This document shows positions 42,037 through 49,757 of a DNA stretch of 64,000 nucleotides, one piece after another. The notes under the pieces are model-generated. The model was given only the letters and a program-made list of their open reading frames with translations. It made no database searches and was not told where the DNA came from. Positions within the stretch are counted from its first letter, which is position 1. Each line of letters starts with the position of its first letter. A program made the translations under genes and the position numbers. Source of the stretch: Verrucomicrobiota bacterium (GTDB lineage Bacteria; Verrucomicrobiota; Verrucomicrobiia; Chthoniobacterales; JACTMZ01); assembly GCA_027624625.1 (NCBI GenBank), contig JAQBWH010000001.1, forward strand, positions 73,946-137,945, written 5' to 3'.

Positions 42037-43146
42037 CTACTTCACCTCGACCATGGCCGACGGCGTGAAACTGTCGTGGTCCTGCGGGCCCATTTCGACC
42101 GTGACCATCTTGTCGCCGGCGGCTTGGAGGGCTTGGGCGAGATCGATGACGCGCACATTCGGGTTCCCGTAGGTTTTGAAGTGGAAGTGCTTCTTGGCCA
42201 GGTCGCTGACCACCGTCCATGACGTGTAGTCGGGGAATTTCTCCGAGGTGCCGGCCGGCGGCATGGCGGCGCCGGGCGGGATGTCGAAGTTGTTGAGGAA
42301 ATGAAACATCGTGCCCACGGCCTCGGCGCTGGTGGCCTGCGGTAGGGCGTTTTGCAAATAGAACGCCATGCGCACGAAGCGGGACGGCGGAGTGAAGTCG
42401 CCGGGCAGACCGCGCGAGCCGCCACCCATGCCGAAGGGCGAGAGCTCGAGGTCACCGATTTTCTTGGCGGCAGGATAGGCCGCGGACATGTTGAGGTAGT
42501 TGTTGAGGTTGGTCAGCATCCACGGGAATTCCGGGGCATTGGTCAGCGCGCGCACCGGGTTCTCGTAGACCTCGAGTTTGCCGCCGCGCGGCTCGATGAC
42601 GATGCACGCACCCGAGGGGTCCTGCACTTTGATGTGCATATCGGGAACGATGCCGATGAGGTCGAGCACGACCGGCAACAGCGCGATCTTGTCGATGTTG
42701 GCCTTGACCTCGGCGACGTTGGCAAAATTGCCGAGAATCCAGGCCGTCACTTGGGCCGGCGCCATGCCTTTGGCCGCGTTTTCCGGCGTGGCTTCGGCGT
42801 ATTGCGCGTATCCGGGAAAGTAGAAGAGACCGACGTTCAGCCCTTGGTCGTTGGTGCCGTCGATGAGCATGTCATAGTGCGTCGCCGCGGTCGGCCCGAC
42901 AAAACCGTATTTCGACTTCCAGGAGAGACCGTTTTTTCCGCTCGGAGTCAGTCCAGTGAATTCAGACCCGGCCGGCCAGACGGCGAGCACGGAATTGAGC
43001 GGTTCACCGAATTCCAGCGTGCGCCCGACGGCCACACCGCCGTCCTTGGCGGTGAGCGCCCCCCCGGTGCAGGCGAGCGCGGGTTGGTTGGCAAAAAGCA
43101 TCGCTGCGAGAGCGACTACTGCGGGCAGAATGTTAGGTGTCTTCAT
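42037..43146 (-). CDS. Secreted choloylglycine-hydrolase-family protein, paralogue C
   Basis: Start MKTPNILPAVVALAAMLFANQPALA|CTGG. GRTLEFG, LTNAPEFPW, LPGDFTPPSRFVR. More diverged than A and B. Confidence 0.85.
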   Translation of the reverse strand: MKTPNILPAVVALAAMLFANQPALACTGGALTAKDGGVAVGRTLEFGEPLNSVLAVWPAGSEFTGLTPSGKNGLSWKSKYGFVGPTAATHYDMLIDGTNDQGLNVGLFYFPGYAQYAEATPENAAKGMAPAQVTAWILGNFANVAEVKANIDKIALLPVVLDLIGIVPDMHIKVQDPSGACIVIEPRGGKLEVYENPVRALTNAPEFPWMLTNLNNYLNMSAAYPAAKKIGDLELSPFGMGGGSRGLPGDFTPPSRFVRMAFYLQNALPQATSAEAVGTMFHFLNNFDIPPGAAMPPAGTSEKFPDYTSWTVVSDLAKKHFHFKTYGNPNVRVIDLAQALQAAGDKMVTVEMGPQDHDSFTPSAMVEVK

Positions 43147-43193
43147 TGAGGTATGTGTAGTGGGTCCGAAATAAGCGGAAAAAACGCCGTTGT

Positions 43194-44021
43194 CTATTCC
43201 GGAAACATCGGCGTGATATTGACCCGAAAGCCCCACTGCTGACCGGGCACGGGCGACTGCGCGTAATACTGCAGAGCCACGCCGATCTGCACCGGAATTT
43301 TGCCGATCTTGATCACTTGCGAATACGTGTTGTTGAACGAAATGGTCCAGTCTTGATCGGCCCCCTCGCTGATCCAGTTGTAGGACGATTCGCTGTCCAC
43401 CGCGATGGTCGTCGCCGTTTTGAAGGTGTGCGCGATGAAGGGCTGGAAATACGTCGCATTGTAATCGCCCGGCCCGGCCACGCGCCAGTTCTGCGTGACC
43501 AGCGAGCCGACGGTCCATCCGTTCTTCTGCCAGAGCGCGACACCGGATGGTCCGAGTGTCATGACATCGCCGCCGAGTTTGTTTTGCGTGGCCGTGGGCA
43601 GGATGGATGTCGGCCCGATGCCGCAAATAATGCCGAACGGGCCGGGTGCCGAGGGAGAAAGGAAGGTCTCGATCTCGAGGTCCCCCAACCCACTGACATA
43701 GCCGGGCCCATACACATTGCTCGTCGAGATAAAGGGCAAGACAGGGCGCACGATATAATTCCACTCGGGCGTGATGTGCAGCGGAATCACCGGTTGGAAG
43801 TTGAGCAGATAAAGCGTTCCATTGTTCTCACCCACCCCGAAGTTGAAGTTGTTTTGGAACTGCACGCTGATCAGATCCGCTACGGGATTCTGCAGTTTCA
43901 CGGCCAGAGCCGTGGCATCTGTCGGCGCAGCAGACGCCGTGCCGATGGGAACAGGCTCCGCAGCGAGCGCCGCCGTGGAAATGGAGAAAACAAGGAGCGC
44001 ACTGAGGAGGGGAGATTTCAT
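43194..44021 (-). CDS. Putative outer-membrane beta-barrel channel (MetA-pathway/phenol-degradation-like transporter family)
   Basis: Start MKSPLLSALLVFSISTAALA. Alternating amphipathic strands. LLNFQPVIPL motif and an aromatic-rich C-terminus. Family assignment is tentative. Confidence 0.55.
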   Translation of the reverse strand: MKSPLLSALLVFSISTAALAAEPVPIGTASAAPTDATALAVKLQNPVADLISVQFQNNFNFGVGENNGTLYLLNFQPVIPLHITPEWNYIVRPVLPFISTSNVYGPGYVSGLGDLEIETFLSPSAPGPFGIICGIGPTSILPTATQNKLGGDVMTLGPSGVALWQKNGWTVGSLVTQNWRVAGPGDYNATYFQPFIAHTFKTATTIAVDSESSYNWISEGADQDWTISFNNTYSQVIKIGKIPVQIGVALQYYAQSPVPGQQWGFRVNITPMFPE

Positions 44022-44227
44022 GCGGCGCAAATTTGTTCCACCCCCCGCAAATATGTAAATCCGGAATTGTCTCCCGAGGGATCGCGAGGGCATCTTGACA
44101 CAACTGGGGGTTTGACTCATTGGCTTCGCTGACCATAAAACCACCTTTAGAGCGCACCCAACGATGAAAGCGGTCTCACGGTCGAGGAGTTCTTCGTTCT
44201 GCTTGATTAGGCTCGCGCTAGCACTTA

Positions 44228-44288
44228 GGGGGGAACGGGTAGCCTGCCCGCCTTCAGACAGACAACACGGGCGGGACGCCGTGCCCCC
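44228..44288. repeat. REP-like palindromic element, copy 1 (imperfect)
   Basis: GGGGGAACGGGTAGCCTGCCCG-(17 nt, TTCAGA core)-CGGGCGGGACGCCGTGCCCCC. The arms are imperfect inverted repeats. Same layout and orientation as copy 2. Confidence 0.5.
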
Positions 44289-44438
44289 TAGTCACGCACG
44301 AAATAGCTCACCCAAAAGCGGGTTACCCTTAAAACATGTTTCCCTCTGCAAGAGCATGGAAAACACCATTTCTTCCGCATCGTTGTTGCTAAGGAATACA
44401 GTTTGCGGGGAAATCGGCGGCCCCTTAGAGTTTGTTTC

Positions 44439-44636
44439 ATGAGCGTGGAGCAAATCGAGCAGGAGGTATCCAAGCTGGAGCGCGACCAGTTCGCACGCTT
44501 CTCCGCATGGTTCGAGCAGTTCCGCGCCGATGCTTGGGACAAGCAAATCACCCGCGATGCGGAGGACGGTAAATTCGATGCCGTCTTCGCAGAGATCGAC
44601 GGGGAGTTGCAGCGCGGCGAGATCCGGCCGCTGTGA
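44439..44636 (+). CDS. Type II antitoxin (putative addiction-module component)
   Basis: 65 aa, acidic and helical (MSVEQIEQEVSKLERDQFARFSAWFEQF...). Its stop overlaps the GTG start of the toxin gene (GTGA). Confidence 0.6.
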   Translation: MSVEQIEQEVSKLERDQFARFSAWFEQFRADAWDKQITRDAEDGKFDAVFAEIDGELQRGEIRPL

Positions 44637-44863
44637 AGCACCTCGCACGGAAATCTTTTTGGGAGCACTACGACCGGCTGCCGAAAAAGACCAAGGCGCT
44701 GGCCGATAAAAATTTCGAACTCCTCAAACAGGATCCTCGGCACCCCTCACTCCAACTCAAAAAAGCCGGACGCCTTTGGTCGGCCCGGGTTGGCCGCGAC
44801 TTCCGCGCCTTGGCTTACGACTCGGCACAAGGACTCGTTTGGTTCTGGGATCGGCCCGCATGA
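44633..44863 (+). CDS. RelE/ParE-superfamily type II toxin, apparently frameshifted near the 3' end
   Basis: The pattern FWEHYDRLPKKTKALADKNFELLKQDPRHPSLQLKK..LWSARVGRDFRAL...LVWFW is typical of this family. The expected tail IGPHDEYERYLGSLGR is encoded in the +1 frame up to the TAG at 44898-44900. Confidence 0.7.
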   Translation: MKHLARKSFWEHYDRLPKKTKALADKNFELLKQDPRHPSLQLKKAGRLWSARVGRDFRALAYDSAQGLVWFWDRPA

Positions 44864-44912
44864 CGAATACGAACGCTACCTCGGCTCACTAGGTCGCTAG
44901 TTCGGCTTTTCA

Positions 44913-44972
44913 GGGGGAACGGGCGTCTCGCCCGTTTTCAGAGCGCCATCACGGGCGAGACGCCCGTGCCGC
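44913..44972. repeat. REP-like palindromic element, copy 2
   Basis: GGGGGAACGGGCGTCTCGCCCG-TTTTCAGAGCGCCATCA-CGGGCGAGACGCCCGTGCCGCC. The arms are near-perfect reverse complements and each arm is itself palindromic (ACGGGCGTCTCGCCCGT). Confidence 0.55.
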
Positions 44973-45042
44973 CAAAAGATCGGTCCGGCGCTACATCCAA
45001 CTCCGCGCTTCACCCCTGCCACGGACATGCTATGCGTCACCG

Positions 45043-46443
45043 ATGTCCAGATCCCCTCGCTTGGCTCTCCTGCTGGCTCTGGCATTTTGTCTCTTGGGCC
45101 ACGAGTGGTCCGCCGCGTTGGAGGGCGACTCCTCTTCCCCCCTGGTGGGGACAGCTGGCTCGCCCTCAAACCAAATGCAGCAGCCCGCTGCGGCGAGCGA
45201 GCCCTACCAAAACACGGACTTTGAACCCGACACGGTCCTGTCGCGCATTTCTTCAATGCTCAAAAAATCCGCCCAGCCATTGGACCTCGAATTCTTCGTC
45301 AACTACTTCGGCGTCTTTCAAGGCAACCCCATCGGCGGCCGGTCGCAGGATTTCGCTTACTCGCAATACCTGCCCTTTGGGTTCGAGTGGAAAGAGCCGC
45401 TCGGCTGGCGCGGCGGCGGCCTTCGGGTTTCCGCGGTCTCCGGCGCGGGCCGAAATCTCTCGGACTCCATCGGCAACGCGTTCACCGTCTCGCAGGCGTG
45501 GGATGGAAACACCCTCTTCCTCTACCAAGCCTACCTTGTGCAAAAAGCCTTCGACGACAAGCTCGAGATCGGCATCGGACGTGTGTCCGCTTCGCAATAC
45601 TTTGCCACGCTTCCCGCGTTCGATTTGCTCGTTTCCGGCGGACTCAATTCCGTGCCCATCGGCCTCGAACTCAACTCGACCTTCACCGGCAGCGCCTCGG
45701 CTTCGTGGTTCGCGGGGGCGCGTTGGCTGCCGATGAAGGAGACCGTTCTCACCGCGGGAGTTTTCCAGGCCCGTGCCGACCTCGGACAAACCGGACCCTA
45801 CAACGGCTTGGATTTCGGACTGGATCCGGACGATGGCACCTTCGGCGTGGTGGAAATCGCTTGGACTCCGCACTCGAAAGAATTCGCCTCCGTGCAGGAG
45901 GACCGGCAATTCACCCGCGGCCGACGTGAGCTCCACGGCAACGGAATCGGTTTTCCCGGCGTTTATAAACTCGGGGCCTATGTCTCGGACCAACCGCAGG
46001 TGTCCTACCCCGGCGGATGGGGCGGGAGCCCTTTCGGATTCTACGGGATGGGACAGCAAATGCTGTGGGAGCACAGCCCGGGTCAGACCAACACCTCGCA
46101 ATTCTCCATCTTCGGGGGCGTGGTCTGGTCACCACCGAGCGGCGTGACGCAAATGCCGGTGGACGGATTCGCCGGCACCGTCTGGCGCGGCCCGTGGAGC
46201 GCGCGTCCTCACGACCATTTATACACATCGTGGCAGATCGGCAGCTTCAGCGAGCCTTACGCGCAAAGTCAGGGGCAAAGTTCCGCCGGTGCCTTCGAGT
46301 CCGTGCTCAACGCGGGCTACGTCATCCAGATCACCAAGGAGTTCTCCGTGCAACCCGACATCCAATACATCATCCAGCCCGGCGGCTTCGGCCAATACGG
46401 TAACGCGCTCGTGCTCGGACTGCAGGTGACGATCGAGTTGTGA
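45043..46443 (+). CDS. Carbohydrate-selective porin, OprB family
   Basis: Signal peptide MSRSPRLALLLALAFCLLG. Segments typical of OprB-type porins (FFVNYFGVFQGNPIGG, LFLYQAYLVQKAFDDKLEIGIGR, and a C-terminal beta-strand ending in an aromatic/aliphatic residue). Confidence 0.75.
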   Translation: MSRSPRLALLLALAFCLLGHEWSAALEGDSSSPLVGTAGSPSNQMQQPAAASEPYQNTDFEPDTVLSRISSMLKKSAQPLDLEFFVNYFGVFQGNPIGGRSQDFAYSQYLPFGFEWKEPLGWRGGGLRVSAVSGAGRNLSDSIGNAFTVSQAWDGNTLFLYQAYLVQKAFDDKLEIGIGRVSASQYFATLPAFDLLVSGGLNSVPIGLELNSTFTGSASASWFAGARWLPMKETVLTAGVFQARADLGQTGPYNGLDFGLDPDDGTFGVVEIAWTPHSKEFASVQEDRQFTRGRRELHGNGIGFPGVYKLGAYVSDQPQVSYPGGWGGSPFGFYGMGQQMLWEHSPGQTNTSQFSIFGGVVWSPPSGVTQMPVDGFAGTVWRGPWSARPHDHLYTSWQIGSFSEPYAQSQGQSSAGAFESVLNAGYVIQITKEFSVQPDIQYIIQPGGFGQYGNALVLGLQVTIEL

Positions 46444-46458
46444 GCGCCTGGCGGGCGC

Positions 46459-46829
46459 TTAATTGCCCGCAGCCCCGGGTAGAATCTGTGTTCCGTCGAG
46501 TTGGTCGTCGTTGATCTTGGCTAGCAGCACCGTGACCACGCCCTTGATGGGCGCGAGTTTGTCGATTTGAATTGGGCGAAATTCATCGCGTCGATCGTGC
46601 GCAGGAAGTAAAGGTTGCGCACCTTGTCGTTCATCCAAGTGAAGAGCGTCACCTCGCTCGTGGTGCTACCCGGCTTTCCTCCTTCGGCCGAGTAACCGCT
46701 GTCTATCGAGAAATCATACGGCCGATCGAAGTTGCTCATGATGTGCCCGAGCGTGATCACGGCGTCCCGCGGCGAGTCGGCCTTGCTCACGTGTTGCGTG
46801 TAGTAGGCTGCTTTGACAACCCGGTTGCC
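46459..46829 (-). pseudogene. 3' fragment of a choloylglycine-hydrolase-family gene (paralogue of 48021..49169), with an internal 1-nt deletion
   Basis: VKAAYYTQHVSKADSPRDAVITLGHIMSNFDRPYDFSIDSGYSAEGGKPGSTTSEVTLFTWMNDKVRNLYFLRTIDAMNFAQF aligns to the C-terminal third of paralogue D. Compared with D (CAGTTCGAGATCGAC), the fragment reads CAATTCAAATCGAC, which shifts the frame. The remaining tail (VVTVLLAKINDDQLDGTQIL) continues in another frame. Confidence 0.7.
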
Positions 46830-47020
46830 CCGGTGTTCATGTGCACGGATACCTTCGATGGTGGCACTGAAGTGCCGGTGAGCTGGCAGCAAGCCTACGC
46901 CGAAAAAGTGACAGAACTTGGCGGCAGCATCGAAGTCAAAGAATACCCGAAGGACGACCATTTCTCCCTGCCGTACAGCTGCGCCCCCGACGTGCGCGAA
47001 TGGTTGAACAGGCTGTTCAG
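46818..47020 (+). pseudogene. Possible 3' fragment of an alpha/beta-hydrolase (S9/dienelactone-hydrolase-like) gene
   Basis: PVFMCTDTFDGGTEVPVSWQQAYAEKVTELGGSIEVKEYPKDDHFSLPY...VREWLNRLF resembles the C-terminal Asp/His region of such hydrolases. Nothing upstream matches an N-terminal part. Confidence 0.35.
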
Positions 47021-47031
47021 ACCCACCCCGC

Positions 47032-47451
47032 TCAGGGCAGTCGCGCAATCAAGACGCCGACCACTGGAGATCCATTCGGCGAATCGGACGTCCGCGAGTT
47101 CGCGAGACGAAACCGGTAGATTCGGGCATCCCCATCAAACCTGCAGGTGCCGCTGTCGGCATCCTCGAAATTAAGGTGCATGACTTCGTCGTTATCCAAG
47201 ATAATCCGCGACGAGCGGCCCGAACTCTTGCCGACATAGGTCCCCTCACGCCGGTCGGTGTAAAGACCGTTCTGTGACAGTGCAGCGAAGCGGTAACGCC
47301 CGCCCGGAAGAAACTGATAGGTGTTGGCGCTGTGCAGGTCGGTGAACTCAAGCTTAGTCCCCGCGAGATCGCGTGTTTTGCCCGCGGCATACGGTGCATC
47401 GATTGCACAACTTGCCAGAAGAGCGCAGATCAGAACGCAGAACATTCTCAT
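47032..47451 (-). CDS. Putative lipoprotein, unknown function
   Basis: The ATG at 47451 gives MRMFCVLICALLASC (lipobox). Confidence 0.55.
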   Translation of the reverse strand: MRMFCVLICALLASCAIDAPYAAGKTRDLAGTKLEFTDLHSANTYQFLPGGRYRFAALSQNGLYTDRREGTYVGKSSGRSSRIILDNDEVMHLNFEDADSGTCRFDGDARIYRFRLANSRTSDSPNGSPVVGVLIARLP

Positions 47452-47527
47452 CAGATCGGATGCCAACCCGCGTGGCTGTAGGGGGACAGTTCCCTTACGT
47501 TCCCCATACGGCTGAGACGCTCGATGC

Positions 47528-47953
47528 TTACCGACCGTCGACGGGCGTTTCTTGGTAGTGCAGTTCCCGCCATTTGCCGTCTTTCCTGACCCAGAGCGAC
47601 GCGACGAGGCAGTGCGAGGGCAACGGATTGCCTTGGTAAGTTCCCTTGAGTTCGAGCGTGTAGTTCACCAGCACGCAACTGTTGCTGACGACATTCACCG
47701 ACATGGGGCCTGCAGAATACTTCTCATATTTCAGTTCCGAAAGCGTCCGGATTTGATCCTTTACCCTCTGCTTTCCGGCGTAGGGAGTGATGGCCAGGTG
47801 GTCGGGTGTCATGAGCGCGCGGATGGTCTTGGCATCGTGCTTCTCAAAGGCCGCATTCAAGGCATCGGCAGCCGCTTTGACTTCTTTGGCCGGATCGGCG
47901 GCTTGCGCTAACGACGCGTGCAGCAGGAGGATGAGAGCAAGGAGATAACGCAT
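47528..47953 (-). CDS. Secreted NTF2-like (SnoaL/DUF4440-type) protein
   Basis: Signal peptide MRYLLALILLLHASLAQA. The layout (AADALNAAFEKHDAKTIRALMTPDH ... LWVRKDGKWRELHYQET) is typical of DUF4440/SnoaL-like domains. Confidence 0.7.
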   Translation of the reverse strand: MRYLLALILLLHASLAQAADPAKEVKAAADALNAAFEKHDAKTIRALMTPDHLAITPYAGKQRVKDQIRTLSELKYEKYSAGPMSVNVVSNSCVLVNYTLELKGTYQGNPLPSHCLVASLWVRKDGKWRELHYQETPVDGR

Positions 47954-48020
47954 GGGATGTTTTGTTTAGCGGGTGATGGAGAGGGTCAAAGCAGAAGGAA
48001 ATATCTTTCCGGCGCATTCG

Positions 48021-49169
48021 CTACTCAGCTTTGGCCGCACCGAGGAGCACCTGCGTTCCGTCGAGTTGGTCGTCGTTGATCTTGTCCAACGGAACACTGA
48101 CCACCTTTTTGATGGGCGCCAGCTTGTCGATCTCGAACTGGGCGAAGTTCAGCGCGTCGATCGTGCGCAGGAAGTAAAGATTACGCACCTTGTCGTTCAT
48201 CCAAGTGAACAGCGTCACTTCGCTGGTGGTCTCGCCCGGCTTTCCGCCTTCGGCCGAAAAACCTTTGTCGATCGAGAGATCGTAGGGACGGTCGAAGTTG
48301 TTGAGGATGTGACCGAGCGTGATCACCGCGTCTTCGGGTTTGTCAGCCTTGCGCACAAATTGGGTGTAGAAGGCCGCTTTGACAAAGCGGCCCATGGAGA
48401 TTTGCGAGGATGGAACGTTGGCCAAAGCGTTGCCGCTGTCCGGCGCGTTCACCTTGAGCTGGCCGAACTGACCCGTGTTCCTGTCGAGGTTGGTCAACTG
48501 CGCGTAGTTGTTCAGGTTTTTCAGGTGCCAGCCGAAGTCCGGGGCATTCGTCGCGACGCCCACCGGGTTGTCATGGATGTTCTGCTTGCCATCGAGGTAT
48601 TCGATCACGATGCCCGCGCCGGTCTTGTCGAAGAGGATGTAGTGCATGGGCAGCTCGATGTTCCCCACGAGAGGAACCTTGGGCAGCCAGACGCTGACAC
48701 TGCCGTTGGTGAGCGCCTCCTTGACCTCGGCGACGGATTTGAAGTTGCCGAGGAGATACAATGCGAGGTCCGTGGCCGCCAAAGCTTTCGCGGCCTCGGA
48801 CCCGGCACCGTCCGGCGATTGCGACCCAGGCATTTCGTTGGTGCAGAGCGAGAGCCCTTGGTCGTTGGCCGACTCCACCATCATATTCGGGCCGTCGCCG
48901 ACGCCGGAAGCGGCGCTCACGCCCAACACGGGATATTTCGTCTCGAAAGACAGGCCCGGCTGGTTACCCGGTGCCACCGAAACGACCTTGGTGCCTGCCG
49001 GGACATAGGACATCTCGAAGGGTAGCGGGACGGCATATTCCAAAGTCTTGCCGCTGTAGGCATTGCCTTGCTTGTCGGTGATCATCAGTGCCGTGCAAGC
49101 CCAAGTGCGCGGCGGAAGTATCAGGGCAGCAAGAGCGAGAAGAAGGGGTAGAATACGTGACTTATTCAT
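48021..49169 (-). CDS. Secreted choloylglycine-hydrolase-family protein, paralogue D
   Basis: MNKSRILPLLLALAALILPPRTWA|CTAL, so Cys follows the signal peptide. ATNAPDFGW. The C-terminal tail LGAAKAE resembles the tails of A and B. An alternative start is at 49178. Confidence 0.85.
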   Translation of the reverse strand: MNKSRILPLLLALAALILPPRTWACTALMITDKQGNAYSGKTLEYAVPLPFEMSYVPAGTKVVSVAPGNQPGLSFETKYPVLGVSAASGVGDGPNMMVESANDQGLSLCTNEMPGSQSPDGAGSEAAKALAATDLALYLLGNFKSVAEVKEALTNGSVSVWLPKVPLVGNIELPMHYILFDKTGAGIVIEYLDGKQNIHDNPVGVATNAPDFGWHLKNLNNYAQLTNLDRNTGQFGQLKVNAPDSGNALANVPSSQISMGRFVKAAFYTQFVRKADKPEDAVITLGHILNNFDRPYDLSIDKGFSAEGGKPGETTSEVTLFTWMNDKVRNLYFLRTIDALNFAQFEIDKLAPIKKVVSVPLDKINDDQLDGTQVLLGAAKAE

Positions 49170-49343
49170 AACAGTCATAAGGTTAATCCCCCCCTCCAGC
49201 TCTACAAGTCCCCTCTTTCACGATCATCGGCGAAGCAGCCGATGAGGCCGCCCAGTGTAGGGTCGATCCGGCGACCACGGTCGGCCAGAGTGACGAAGCC
49301 CAATACCAAGGCGATGACGGCTGGCACAAAGAGCGTGACGCCG

Positions 49344-49577
49344 TCAGTCACGGCATCGACGAGGCATCGGCTCGGTCACATTGACCACCGCAACCATGAC
49401 CAGCGCAGCATCCGCGGCGTTTCCTCCAGCCTGCAAGACATCGCGCCCGATCACGGCGGCGAGCGGTGTGTCGGACCGGCAACTTTGCGCAACTCCAGAA
49501 CCCGGAGCAGGATCTCCTCGATCAAATTGCTCGGGCACGAAGCGCCGGCGATGATCGAAGGGGATTGGTGTTGACAT
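49344..49577 (-). pseudogene. N-terminal fragment (~70 codons) of a gamma-glutamyltransferase-family gene
   Basis: HRRRFVPEQ..GSGVAQSCRSDTPLAAVIGRDVLQAGGNAADAALVMVAVVNVTEPM matches the conserved GGT N-terminus (RRS.V.A..GMVA.S.PLAA..G...L..GGNA.DAA......L.VVEP). The frame then stops and the other ~450 codons are absent. Confidence 0.45.
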
Positions 49578-49757
49578 GAAATTGGCACGATAAAGACGCC
49601 CCGTGGACAACCAAGTCCAAAAAGGGAGGTGGCGGAGCTCCCCCTTGGCCGGCCGCGAAGTGGTCACGGCAACCCGCCGACAGGCTTGGAATCACGAGGG
49701 GCCAGACACCCATGCCGCGGCATCAAAAAATCCTAAGTCGCTCCTGCCGGCCACGGC

